From: Malacoraja senta
Lineage: Eukaryota
Direction of reading: 5' to 3'
Length of the DNA: 64,000 nucleotides
Assembly (NCBI GenBank): GCA_038087875.1
Contig: JAXLNO010000350.1
Location: 248,001-312,000, forward strand
In this document: positions 38,756 to 53,300 of the stretch, one piece after another
How the letters are laid out: every line of letters starts with the position of its first letter
Position numbering within the stretch: position 1 is the stretch's first letter
Notes under the pieces: generated by a model
Databases searched by the model: none
The model's input: only the letters and a program-made list of their open reading frames with translations
What the model was told of the DNA's origin: nothing
Made by a program: the position numbers and the translations under genes

Positions 38756-39577
38756 AGCAAACAGTAGACAACAGGTGCAGGAGGAGGCCATTCGGCCCTT
38801 CCAGCCAGCACCGCCATTCAATGTGATCACGGCTGATCAGCCACAATCAGTTCCTCGTTCCTGCCTTCTCCCCATATCCCCTGACTTTAAGATCCCTATC
38901 TAGCTCTCTCTTGAAAATGACAGTCACGCCATCCCAGGAATTAACTCCCTCAATAGCAAGAATGTCCAGTGGAGCAAAATAAACAGGGCTATGGAGTCCG
39001 ACCCAAAACATCCGACCCCTTGGTATAATAATTCTAAATCTGCTGTGATAACATTACACAAGATGACATTTAATAAGAACTACATGAATCATCAGCCTGC
39101 CTTTTAAACCATGTCCTTAAAGTTTTGAGTCTAATGGTTGTAGCTATGCTATTTTATTGTTTATTCTTGGGGAAAAAAACATAATTCAATATGCTAAAAT
39201 AAAAAATATATATATAGAAAAGACTATGACAAAATTAAAATTTCATTGAATTAAATAAAAATTATGAAATCATTATTCCAAAATTTATTAAACTAAGGCC
39301 ACAGGTATGAGCTAAATGGCAAAAAAAAATCCCAAGTGCAATAGAAGTTAAAAGTAAATGCATAGGTAGTTAAGTTTGTTACAAAACTTCATACCTAAAA
39401 TTTATTAATAACGTCCTTAGGAACAGAATTGCTTCTGCCAGATCCTCTTTCCTTGAAGCCCTTAAATCTGATTCATTTATTTTGAGTGCTGAGAACATTC
39501 TCTCCACACGGACCTGAGTGGGTGATATGGCTGTTACTATCATAGCTGCAAACTTTACTATTTCTGGATAAGTAGGG

Positions 39578-40970
39578 ATGATGGGGAATTATAGACCAGT
39601 TATCCTGACATCGGTGGTGGGGAAGATCCTGGAGTCAATTATTAAAGAGGTAATAATGGCGAATTTGGATAGCAATAAAAGGATTGGTCATCATGGATTT
39701 ATGAAGGGGAAATCCTGCTTGAATAATCTTCGGGAATTTTTTGAGGACGTGACAAGTAAAATGGATGAAGGAGAGCCAATGGATGTAGTGTATCTGGTAT
39801 TTCAGAAAGCCTTTGATAAGGCCCCATATAGGAGATTAGTGGGCAAAATTAGAGCACATAGTATTGGAGGTAGGGTATTGACATGGATAGAGAATTGGTT
39901 GGCAGACAGGAAACAAAGAGTAGGAATAAACGGGTCCCTGTCAGAATGGCAGGCAGTGGTGAGTGGAGTGCCGCAAGGCTCGGTGCTGGGGCCACAACTA
40001 TTTACAATATATATGAATGATTTAGATGATGGAATTAAAAGTAACACTAGCAAATTTGCAGATGACACAAAGCTAGGTGGCAGTGTGAACTGCAAAGAGG
40101 ATGCTAGGAGGTTGCAGGGTAACTTGGACAGGTTAAGTGAGTGGATACTACATGGAGATGTAGTATCATGTAGATCAACGTGAGGTTATCCACTTTGGCG
40201 GCAAGAACAAGGAGGCAGATTCTTATCTCAATGGTGTCAGATTAGGAAAAGGGGAAGTGCAACGAGACCTGTGGTGTTCTTGTACACCAGTCACTGAAAG
40301 TAGACATGCAGGTACAGCAGACAGTGAAGAAAGCTAATGGCATGTTGGCTTTCATAACGAGAGGATTTGAGTATAGGAGGTTCTTCTGCAGTTGTACAGG
40401 CCCCTGGTGAGACCACATCTGGAGTATTGTGTGCAGTTTTGGTCTTCTAATTTGAGGAAGGACATTCTTGCTATTGAGGGAGTGCAGCGTAGGTTCACGA
40501 GGTTAATCCCCGGGATGGCGGGACTGTCGTATGTGTAAAGGTTGGAAAGACTGGGCTTGTATTCACTGGAAGTTATGATGAAAGGGTGATCTTATGGAAA
40601 CACATTAAATTATAAAAGGACTGGCCAAACTGGATGCAGGAAAAATGTTCCCAATGTTTGGGAAGTTGGGAACCAGGGGCCACTGTCATTAATATAAAGG
40701 GGAGGCCATTTAAAACTCAGATGAGCAAAAAAAATCACAAAAAAAGTTGTGAATTTGTGGACTTCTCTGCCACTGAAGGCAGTGGAGGCCAATTCACTGG
40801 ATAAATTGAAAAGAGAGTTAGTTAGAGCTCTTGGGAATAATGGAATCATGGGATATGGGGAGAAGGCAGGCACGGGTTACTGATTGTGTATAATCAGCCA
40901 TGATCACAATGAATGACGCTGGAACGAACGATCAAATGTCCTCCTCCTGCACCTATTTTCTATGTTTCTA
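39578..40970 (+). mobile_element. CR1 LINE 3' half (unit 3), uninterrupted
   Basis: RT ORF at 39578-40183 through to the 3' tail TTTTCTATGTTTCTATG. Confidence 0.9.
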
Positions 40971-41837
40971 TGCCCCATCTACACTATTCACTCTATCTAT
41001 TCCCCTCAAAATTTTATGCACTTGTATGGCTTTTATGCAATAGTATTGGTGTTATTAATTTATTGATTTTTTGTTTATTGCATGGTATCTATATATATTG
41101 TGTTAATAGGCCTGTAACTCTGCACTGTAAAAATGTGATTGTTCCACTGTCGGTACATATGACATCAAAAGAAAGATAGCTGAATGGAGAGAAAATTGGC
41201 TTCAAGGAAGGAAGCAGAGGGTGATGGTGGAAGGTTGCTTCTCGGACTGGAGGCCTATTACTAGTGGTGTGCCTCAGGGTTCGGTGCTGGGCCCGTTACT
41301 GTTTGTCATCTACATCGATGATTTGGATGAGAACATACAGGGCAAGATTAGCAAGTTTGCTGATGATACAAAAGTGGGTAGTCTTGCAGATAATGAAGAT
41401 GATTGAAAAATTGCAGCAGGATCTGGATCGATTGGCCAGGTAGGCTGAAGAATGGTTGATGGAATTTAATACATAGAAATGTGAGGTGTTGCATTTTGGG
41501 AAGTCTAACACGGGCAGGACCTACACAGTAAATGATAGGCCTCTGGGTAGTGTTGTAGAGCAGAGGGATCTAGGAGTACAGGAACATAATTCATTGAAAG
41601 TGGCATCATGGGTAGATAAAGTGGTGAAAAAGGCTTCTGGCACATTGACCTTTATCAGTCAGAGTATTGAATATAGAAGTTGAGCGGTCATGTTGCAGTT
41701 GTATAAGATGTTGGTGAGGCCACGTTTAGAGTTTTGTGTTCAATTTTGGTTTCTATGTTATAGAAAAGAAGTCGTCAAGCTGCAAATGGCACTGAAGATT
41801 TACGAGGATGTTGCCAGGCATCTGAAGGTCTGAACTA

Positions 41838-42915
41838 TGTTAAACTGAGTTCTTTTGTCAGTCCAATTCAAGAAAACTTGATTCAAACCATTGCTGCTAA
41901 AATCAATTCTTTATTCTGACAGCGCTGGATAATTCTTTAAACCTTCCAACACAGAGCTAGAAACTCTGAGGCAGGTCGAAAAAACTACTGACTTTGGTAC
42001 AAACGTAACACATTATAAAGGTATTAGACAATTATGGTATAGAAGGAGTGGCAAACTATTAACCAATCATTATGGTTTACCACACATTTAGCTTATTTGC
42101 ATTAGCCAATCAACTAAATCCTTCCCAGTGATTGACAACACATATAGTCACATGATTTTCCCTTTTCTGGCCTCTTTAGAACCCTTTTTCCCTCTGTGGT
42201 TTTCTTTAACCTCTTTGCTCAAAATCATGTTATTTCAATGAAGTAAAACCACAGAAATATAAAATTAATCCTCAAAGACCACCTCTCAGAATATAAAATA
42301 CACATCATACAGCAATCACACATTACATATATTTTCACTTTTGGAAAAGAAAGTTATTTCTAAAACTTCAGATTTAAACAAAGTCTAATACTTACAATAC
42401 TAATTAAAACACAATCCACTTCACAAATAATTTCCCTACAACTTCATAGTTAAAGTACAGTTACTTATGGATTAAATATGAATTTTGCCCCATTCTTACA
42501 AAGTAGGACTTAAGTTATTTCTACAATCCCCAACCACACAAAGGCCACTAATTGTCACACTTGATAAATTATAATTGCTTCTTCCCAAGCTCGGGTCTAG
42601 TTTCATTCTGAATTACAACCTCCCCCTTCTATCTCTGGACGAAAGGAATGTAAGGCCTCCTGACTAATAGCATTCCACACAGCAAATGGAAGATGATCAA
42701 AACAGAGTTACATTCTCAGTTTTCTATAAACATAAGAAACCACCCTTGTACAAAGGTCACACAACCACCACCTGTGCCTTATCTCTTATCACAACATAAA
42801 TACATTTAAACAGCACAAACCAGATCACAGACTATTATCTAGCCTTGATGCCCAAGACCCTATATAGACAACCATAAATCCCCTTTATGGCACACCCGAG
42901 TTCAAAGATGTGTCA
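41838..42915 (-). mobile_element. Possible solo LTR
   Basis: Non-coding ~1.08-kb block with TG...CA ends that interrupts CR1 sequence. Minus-strand AATAAA near 41910; no TSD seen. Confidence 0.35.
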
Positions 42916-42924
42916 TAAAGAAAG

Positions 42925-43497
42925 TTGGTAGCAAAAACAGGAAGGCAGATTACTATCTAAATGGCGTCAACTTGGGAAAAGGTGAAGTACAACGGGATCT
43001 GGGGGTCCTTGTACATCAGTCTATGAAAGTAAGCATGCAGGTACAGCAGGCAGTGAAGAAAGCGAATGGCATGTTGGTCTTTATAACAAGAGGAATCGAA
43101 TATAGGAGCAAAGAGGTCCTTCTGCAGTTGTACAGAGCCCTAGTGAGACCACACCTGGAGTATTGTATGCAGTTTTGGTCCCTTAATTTGAGGAAGGACA
43201 TTCTTGCTATTGAGGTAGTGCAGCGTAGGTTTGCAAGGTTAATTCCAGGGATGGTGGGACTGCCATATGCTGGGAGAATGGAGCAGCTGGGATTGGACAC
43301 TCTGGAGTTTAGAAGGATGAGAGGTGATCTCATTGAAACATATAAGATTGTTAAGGGCTTGGACACACTAGAGGCAGGAAACATGTTCCGATGTTGGGGG
43401 AGTCCTGAACCAGGGGCCACAGTTTAAGAATAAGGAGTAAGCCATTTAGAACGGAGACGAGGAACCATTTTTCTCACAGAGAGTGGTGAGTCTGTGG
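42925..43497 (+). mobile_element. CR1 fragment
   Basis: ORF 42972-43427 (QRDLGV, VRPHLEYC, RGDLIETYK). Confidence 0.85.
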
Positions 43498-44368
43498 ACC
43501 GGCCATAGTTTGACCGGGATCGGATGGGGAGAAAAAAAGTGCACTAGTCGGACCCCTTGAGGCCGACCTACCGAAGAAGCTCCCGGAAAACTTAGGTCCT
43601 TCGGAGTAGGTTGATCTGGTGCACTGCCAAAATCCTTAGATACAGACAAAGATAAGGCCAATTGTGTATGTATTTTGCTACCAAGAGAGTAGTCGGCAAT
43701 TGGATAGAGCAAACTAGAAATGGTTTGTTGTAAATTAATGTATTTTTGCTACTGGGAAAGTAGAAGTAGCCAGGCAGAGAGAGACGAGGCTAGATTGAGA
43801 AGTAGCCGGGCAGAGAGAGACTCGCGGCTATGGGGAATAATCTATTTCTGCTATTAGGAAAGTGCTTGGAAAGAGATTTTGCTACTGGGAAAGTAGTCGG
43901 CAATTGGCTCCGCAATCTAAAACGTTTATCGTTCACAAAGTAGCCGGGCTGAGAATAGATTCGTGGCCATGGGGAATAATCTGGACAAAAATGACGGGGG
44001 AACACCCGTCCAACATGTGTAATTTGAATCCTAAAAGTAACAAAGACTATAGAATATTAAGTTATAAGCTAACCAAACATTTGGGAGATGAATCTTGGCC
44101 AGTTGTAGGAACATGGAATGTAGAAACTGTTAAAAAGGCAGAAAAGATGAAAAAGGATGGTATACCTAATAATTAAGGATGGAAAGCGAAGGCAGAGAAG
44201 AAGAACGAGGAGAGTAGAGATTGGAGTTGGATGGATAATGTATGTAAGAAAGGGAGAGAGTTAACAAACAAGGATGGCACTATGAAAGGATGGAAAGCGT
44301 AGCAGCTAGAATGCCAGTGGGCAGAGGAACAAGAGAAGAAAATACAGGACAGGCAGAAGGTAAAACAC

Positions 44369-47300
44369 CGTTGCAGGAGGAGGAGCGGCGTCCGGGTAGG
44401 AAGTAGTTAAACAGCGCGGGGCTTTACTTTCCAGAGGCCCAGGGACCGTTGCAGGAGGAGGAACCTAAAACTACAACGTTCCATTCACGTTTCATATAAG
44501 TGAGGAAGCCGCTGATTGGTGGAAGAGGACTAAGAGGAAGCAGCTGATTGGGAGTCAGATCCCTGCTGATTTCCTCCACCAGTTTGTATTATATCCAGGG
44601 TAAGGCTTTGTATTGTATCCAGGGTAAGGCTTTGTATTGTATCCAGGGTAAGGGGGAGAATGAGGGCCAGGGCAGTTTACTGTTCTGGATGTCAGATGTG
44701 GGAGGTCATGGAGTCTGATACCCCTCCAGACGTCCACATCTGTGCCAGGTGCGTCGAGATGGGGTTCCTAAGGGACCGTGTTAGGAACCTGGAGCAGCAG
44801 CTCGATGACCTCTGTCTGATCAGGGAGAGTGAGGAGGTCATAGAAAGGAGTTATAGGGAGGTGGCCACTCCAAGACCACGGGAGGCAGACAAGTGGGTCA
44901 CGGTTAGGAAGGGCAAGGGGCAGAGGCAGGGACTGTACACCGTGAAAATAAGTACTCCTGTTTGAGTACTGTTGAGGGGGACAGCCTTCCTTGGGGTAGC
45001 GACAGCGGCCGGGCCTCCAGCACAGAGACCGTCCCTATTGCTCAGAAGTGTAGGGAAAAGAAGAGGAGGGCAATAGTAATAGGGGACTCTATAGTTAGGG
45101 GGTCAGATAGGCGATTCTGTGGAGACCCGGATGGTAGTTTGCCTCCCTGGTGCCAGGGTCAGGGATGTATATGAACGCATCCAAGATATCCTGAAATCGG
45201 AGTGAGAGGAGCCTGAGGTTGTGGTACATATAGGTACCAATGACATAGGCAGAAAAAGAGGAAGAGGTCCTGAAAGGAGAATTTAGGGAGTTGGGAGGAG
45301 AGTTAAGGAGAAGGACCGCAAAGGTAACAATCTCAGGATTACTACCTGTGCCACGCGACAGTGAGAGTAGGAATGGAATGAGGTGGAGGATAAATGCGTG
45401 GCTGAGGAACTGGTGCAGCAGGCAGGGATTCAAATTTCTGGATCATTGGGACCTCTTTTGTGGAAGGTGTGACCTGTACAGAAAGGACGGGTTGCACTTG
45501 AACCCGAGGGGGACCAATATCCTGGCGGGGAGATTTGCAAAGGCTACTGGGGAGACTTTAAACTAGAACGGTTGGGGGGAGGGACTCAAATAGAGAAAGC
45601 TAGTAGAAAATGTGGGAGGCAGGAGGCAGAGAAGGGAAGCACTCGGACCCAAAATGTAGGGGAGAAAGAAGAAAAAGATAATGAACAGAGAGTAAGTGGT
45701 GGTGGGTTTCTTAAATGTGTATATTTTAATGCTAGGAGCATTGTAAGAAAGGTGGATGAGCTTAGAGCCTGGATTGACACCTGGAAGTATGATGTTGTGG
45801 CGATCAGTGAAACATGGTTGCAGGAGGGCTGTGATTGGAAACTAAATATTCCAGGATTTCGTTGCTTCAGGGGTGATAGAATTGGAGGGGCAAGAGGTGG
45901 GGGTGTTGCATTGCTTGTCAAGGAAGATATTACAGCAGTGCTTTGGCAGGATAGATTAGAGGGCTCGTCCAGGGAGGCTATTTGGGTGGAACTGAGAAAT
46001 GGGAAAGGTGTAGCAACACTTCTAGGGGTGTATTATAGACCGCCAAATGGGGAGCGAGAATTGGAAGAGCAAAAATGTAAGGAGATAGCAGATATTAGTA
46101 GTAAGCACAAGGTAGTGATTGTGGGAGATTTCAATTTTCCACACATAGACTGGGAAACACATTCTGTAAAAGGGCTGGATGGTTTGGAGTTTGTAAAATG
46201 TGTGCAGGATAGTTTTTTGCAGAAATACATAGAGGTACCTACTAGAGAAGGGGCAGTGCTGGACCTCCTGTTAGGAAATGAGACAGGGCAGGTGGCGGAG
46301 GTATGCGTTGGGGAGCACTTCGGGTCCAGTGATCACAATACCATTAGTTTCAATATAATTATGGAGAGGGTCAGAACTGGACCTAGGGTTGAGATTTTTG
46401 ATTGGAGAAAGGCTAACTTTGAGGAGATGCGAAAGGATTTAAAAGGAGTGAATTGGGACATGTTGTTTTATGGGAAGGATGTAGAAGAGAAATGGAGGAC
46501 ATTTAAAGGTGACATTTTAAGAGTACAGAATCTTTATGTCCCTGTTCGGTTGAAAGGAAATAGTAAAAATTGGAAAGAGCCATGGTGTTCAAGGGAAATT
46601 GGACACTTGTTTCGGAAAAAGAGAGAGATCTACAATAATTATAGGCAGCATGGAGTAAATGAGGTGCTTGAGGAGTATAAAGAATATAAAAAGAATATTA
46701 AGAAAGAAATTAGAAAAGCTTAAAGAAGATATGAGGTTGCTTTGGCAAGTAAGGTGAAAGTAAACCCAAAGGGTTTCTACAGCTATATTAATAGCAAAAG
46801 GATAACAAGGAATAAAATTGGTCCATTAGAGAGTCAGAGTGGACAGCTATCTGCAGAGCCAAAAGAGATGGGGGAGATATTGAACAATTTATTTTCTTCG
46901 GTATTCACCAAGGAGAAGGATATGGAATTATGTGATGTAAGGGAAACAAGCAGAGTAGCAATGGAAACTATGAGATTCAAAGAAGAGGAGGTGCGGACAC
47001 TTTTGAAAAATATGAAAACGGATAAGTCTCCAGGTCCTGACAGGGTATTCCCTAGGACATTGAGGGAAGTTAGTGTAGAAATAGCAGGGGCTATGACAGA
47101 AATATTTCAAATGTCATTAGAAACGGGAATAGTGCCGGAGGATTGGCGTACTGCGCATGTTGTTCCGTTGTTTAAAAAGGGTTCTAAGAGTAAACCTAGC
47201 AATTATAGACCTGTTAGTTTGACGTCAGTGGTGGGCAAATTAATGGAAAGGATACTTAGAGATAATATATATAAGCATCTGGATAAGCAGGGTCTGATTA

Positions 47301-50300
47301 GGAACAGTCAACATGGATTTGTGCCTGGAAGGTCATGTTTGACTAATCTTCTTGAATTTTTCGAAGAGGTTACCAGGGAAATTGATGAGGGTAAAGCAGT
47401 GGATGTTGTCTATATGGACTTCAGTAAGGCCTTTGACAAGGTTCCTCATGGAAGGTTGGTTAAGAAGATTCAATTGTTGGGTATTAATGGTGGAGTAGCA
47501 AGATGGATTCAACAGTGGCTGAATGGGAGATGCCAGAGAGTAATGGTGGATGGCTGTTTGTCAGGTTGGAGGCCGGTGACTAGTGGGGTGCCTCAGGGGT
47601 CTGTGTTGGGTCCACTGTTGTTTGTCATGTACATCAATGATCTGGATGATGGTGTGGAAAATTGGATTAGTAAGTATGCAGATGATACTAAGATAGGTGG
47701 TGTTGTGGATAATGAAGTAGATTTTCAAAGTCTACAGAGAGATTTAGGCCATTTGGAAGAGTGGGCTGAAAGATGGCAGATGGAGTTTAATGCTGATAAA
47801 TGTGAGGTGCTACATCTCGGCAGGACAAATCAAAATAGGACGTACATGGTAAATGGTAGCGAATTGAGGAATGCAGTTGAACAGAGGGATCTAGGAATAA
47901 CTGTGCATAGTTCCCTGAAGGTGGAATCTCATGTAGATAGGGTGGTAAAGAAAGCTTTTGGTGTGCTGGCCTTTATAAATCAGAGCATTGAATATAGAAG
48001 ATGGGATGTAATGTTAAAATTGTACAAGGCATTGGTGAGGCCAATTCTGGAGTATGGAGTACAATTTTGGTCGCCTAATTATAGGAAGGATGTCAACAAA
48101 TTAGTGAGAGTTCAGAGGAGATTTACTAGAATGTTGCCTGGGTTTCAGCAACTAAGTTACAGAGAAAGGTTGAACAAGTTAGGTCTTTATTCTTTGGAGT
48201 GCAGAAGGTTAAGGGGGGACTTGATAGAAGTCTTTAAAATGATGAGCGGGTTAGACAGAGTTGACGTGGATAAGCTTTTCCCATTGAGAGTAGGGAAGAT
48301 TCAAACAAGGGGACATGACTTGAGAATTAAGGGACAGAAGTTTTGGGGTAACATTAGGGGGAACTTCTTTACTCAGAGAGTGGTAGCTAGCAAAATCAAA
48401 TACGGTGTGCAACTGCGGCTGGACAATGACACTATTAAGATATTCAGGGACTACCCGTATGAAATTGTGCAAAAAAGAAACAAATTCGAGAAGGTTAAGG
48501 ATCTTTTAAGAGGGAAAGAAGGGATCAGATATGGGATTTTTTAACCCGCGAAAATGCGTATTTCCTTTAAAGGTTTTGAAAAGTCATTTGTTAAGCCTGA
48601 AGACGCATTTAAATATGCCCAAACTATCGTTGAAAAATAGAAATCAAAGGGGGGTTTGGCAGATCTGAACCATTCTAAGCAATGCTTTGTCTGGGGATAG
48701 TTAGACTGTTATCTTTGGAATGTTGAATCAAGGACACTTTCTGTTCAAAACGAGTAAACAGCTGAACAGATGGGAATGGTATATACCAGAAGCATTTACT
48801 TGCTTATTAGATTATAATATTATAACCAATTGTAAGAACTTATCCTATTAACAACTTAATAAGTTATGCATGTTAGATTAGAATACTAACAAAAACAAAA
48901 ATAAAAAATAACGAACTAACTAACATACTAATATGAATTTTTAATAAATTGAAACCTTATCTAAAAGTGGGAGGAGGGGATGAGAAACGAGCACCTGGCT
49001 TAGGCCCAGGGGCACGTCTCGTTAACCCCTTCAACCAACAGTTGATTCTTATTGGTCAAAAGTATCGGTTTAATAATTAGTAGTTAAAATTCCGATATAT
49101 ATATATGTTATAATGAAATATCCAGGGTAAAATTGTATTATATATCTGAATGTGCGGCCCCGTTTTAATATTTTAATATGTTATGATTAACCAAGAGAGC
49201 GGAGCTATTTGCGTAACAACGCAATGGAAGTCAAAACAAGGTTTTTTCCCACCGACAGGTGGGACACTCGCTACAGTGCCGACTATATCAGACACTATTT
49301 TCACTTTTTTAGGTTTTTTTTATCACATAAAATCACATGTTTGTGTTTTGTGTTTAGTGATAAGCGTAAAATGGACATACCAACAAAACTTAAAAACTCA
49401 AAAGTTCCCCCAATACCCAAAGACCTGGGATATGGATGCACCACAAGATTTAAAGGTACTATAATTATTCAAAATGCATGACACCAAACAAAAGAACCTA
49501 GGAGGAATCTCATTTTGTAGTTGGAATATAAGAGGTATTAACGAACCTATTAAAAGGGGTAAGATACTAGCTCAGCTGAAAGTGTACAACTCCAACATTA
49601 CCTTCCTACAAGAAACACACTTAAAATCTCAGGATCAAGTTAGGTTGAGGGCGAAATGGATAGGTCAAACATACCATTCATCATTTACTTCAAAATCTAG
49701 AGGCACGTCAATCATTATAAGAAAAGGTATACCATTTAAAGCAAAGAATATCATAACAGATATAGAAGGGAGATACCTAATAGTTAATGGAGAAATCCAT
49801 GATACTCCACTTACCTTGGTAAATATATATGCCCCTAACTTTGATAACCCCCACTTTTTCAATAAAATTTTCAACATAATTGCAGAGTCTAACTATCAAA
49901 ATGTTATAATAGGAGGAGACTTTAACTGTGTTTTAGATCCGTACTTAGATAAATCAAGCCAAAAACAGAGAGGGAATATGAAATCGAAAACCGGGGAACT
50001 TCTCAATACCTATATAAACAATACTAATATAGCAGATGTTTGGAGAATTGTTAATCCAACTGGCAGGGAATACTCGTTTTATTCAATGGTACATAAGACA
50101 TACTCACGTATAGACTACTTTCTGCTGGATACAAAATTAATCCCCCAAACATCTAACGCAATATACCACACAAATTCGATTTCAGACCATTCTCCACTAA
50201 CTTTCTTTTTAAAACTGGAAGGAATGTTTAAGAATAAATCGTTTTGGAGATTTAATTCTCAAATTCTAAAAGATCCACAAGCGAGTATATATTTAAAAGA

Positions 50301-53300
50301 ACAAATGGAGGTCTTTTTTCAAATAAATGATACTCCAGATATATTGCCCACTGTATTATGGGAATCTTTTAAAGCATACATTAGGGGTATTATAATTTCA
50401 TATCAAGCTTTTCAAAATAAAAAGAATAAGAATGAACAAAGACAGTTAGAATAACTTATTAGACAAATGGATATAGATAATGCTAAAGATCCATCAATAG
50501 ATAAACATAATAAAATAATAATTTTGAAATTTAAATTAAATAAATTATTATCTGCCAAACTTATAAGACTTTTTCAAATTACAAAACAAGAGCACTTTGA
50601 ATTTGGGGATAAACCGCATAAACTTTTTGGCTCGCCAGCTAAAAAAACGAGAAAAGGAACATACTATACCAAAGATCAAATCAGATAAAGGGGAATTATT
50701 AACAACACCGAAGGATATTAATAAAAGATTTGCGCAATTTTATGAGAATTTGTATACATCTAAAACGACAATTGATTCCAATAATATCACAAAGTTTTTG
50801 GATAACTGTAATCTACCAAAGTTAGAGCTGAAGGAACAAGAGGAATTGGGTGCACAAATCTCAATTAAGGAATTAGAAGATACAATAAACTCACTAAAGA
50901 ATGGAAAAACACCAGGCCCTGATGGATTTACTAATGAATTTTATAAAAGCTTTTATGATAAAATAATACCAAGATTACAAAAAATGTACCAATATGCTTA
51001 TAAAAAACGAATACTACCTGATACATTAGCGGAATCAACGATTACACTAATACCTAAGAAAAACAAAGATTTAGAAGAACCTGGTTCATATAGAGCTATA
51101 GCATTGTTAAACACAGATCAAAAAATATTAGCGAAAACATTAGCTAGAAGATTAAGTAAATACATTAGTAAATTAATAAACCCAGATCAGACAGGGTTTA
51201 TCCCTAAGAGATACTCATCTAACAATATGAGACGTCTACTCAACATAATGCACTCACACAAATCTGAAGATCAAGAATTATCAATTATTTCGCTGGATGC
51301 TGAAAAAGCATTTGATCAAGTAGAATGGAATTATATGGATAAAGTATTACAAAAATTCCAACTGGGGGAGAATTTTATTCTATGGATCAAGTTACTATAT
51401 AACAAACCTACAGCTAGAATACTAACTAATAACATATTATCCGCGAAATTCCAACTATCAAGGGGAAATAGACAAGGATGCTCATTATCACCACAGCTGT
51501 TTGCTCTCATTATTGAACCGCTAGCAGAAAAAATTAGAATACACCCTGATATCCATGGATATAATACTAAAGACTCATATAATAAAATATCTTTATACGC
51601 GGATGATATATTACTATACATTACAAAGCCTCAAATCACCATACCAAATATATTAAATTTAATTGAAGACTTTGGATCTTTTTCTGGATATAGAATAAAT
51701 TGGAATAAAAGTGAAATTATGTCAATAAAACCGAAAGATTCAACACATCTTTTAAAATTCCCTTTTAAAATAGCTACAGAAAAATGTAAATACGTGGGAA
51801 TCGAAATTACCAGAACATATCAAGGTATGTTTAGGGCAAATTTTGACCCCCTACTTAATAAATGAAACACACTAATTAAATTCTGGAAAACGCTCCCGAT
51901 GTCTTTAATAGGCCGAATAAACGCAATAAAAATGATCTTTCTACCACAAATTTTATACCTATTTCAATCGATTCCTATATACTTACCAAAGAAGTTTTTT
52001 TAAAAACTCGACTCAGATATCACTAATTTTATATGGGACTATCACATAGAATACAAAAAACTCATCTGAATAAACCTAAAGTATTAGGGGGTTTAGCACT
52101 ACCTAACTTTATGTATTATTATTGGTCAGTAAATATTAAAAATATGATTCAACTGATGGATAACTCTGCCCAGCAAGTGGACTGGATTGTAATGGAGAAA
52201 GAGGATTGCTCCTCTGGAAACATTGGAGCGATCCTCCTTTCTCCAATGAAATTGAATAACATAAATTATAATAAGAACCCAATTATTCATAGTACAATCC
52301 GAATTTGGAAACAAATAAAACTAAATTTAAAATTAAGAAATTTATCACTTTTATTACCTATAGTTAATAACCCTTTGTTTAATCCCTCTATTATAGATAA
52401 AGCTTTTACACATTGGGATAGACTAGGAATTAAAACGCTTGGTGACTTGTATGAAACTGGAAAATTACTTTCATTTCAACAATTACAAATAAAATATAAA
52501 CTCGGAAATAATCAATATTTAAAATATTTTCAAATATGCGACTATTTGAAAAAATATACAAAAGATGATTATAATAACCCAGTAGATGTATTGGATGAGG
52601 CAATGCAGATAAAAGCTGAATCAGCAAACTTAATATCATATTTGTATAATATTATCTTAAATGTACAAATACCATCTACGGAGGGTATCAGAAGAGACTG
52701 GGAACAAGAGTTAGCTATTAAAATTTCAAAGGAAAGTTGGAATGAACACTTATTAAACGTGTTCGTTTAATGTTCGATTAATGTAAGACACACTTTAATG
52801 CAATTTAAAATTTTACATAGATTATATTATTCGAAAACTAAAATTCATAAAATTTTCCCAAATGTATCATCTATTTGTGATAAATGTCAATCCCAAGAAG
52901 CTACTATAGCGCACTCATTCGTTTTCTGTACAAAAATCCAAAAATTTTGGAATGAAATTTTTGAAATCTTTACAAAGTTATTTAAAATAAGACTGATACC
53001 CAAAGCAGAATGGATTATCTTCGGAATAACGGAAGATGGCCCAGAACTAAATGTGTTTCAAAAGAAACTAATGGACTATGGGTTAATAACTGGAAAAAAG
53101 CTAATTCTAAAATTTTGGAAGAAGGCTCCAATACCAACTATAAATATGTGGACTTCAAATATGTTCGAAACATTACACCTAGAAGAGATAAGACTCCTCC
53201 TAGCAGGTAAACCAGATCACTTCCACCTGACGTGGTCTGCATTTATAGAATTATTACAAATATAGGGTGCAAAAGTACTTAAAAAAAAAATTGAGGTCAG

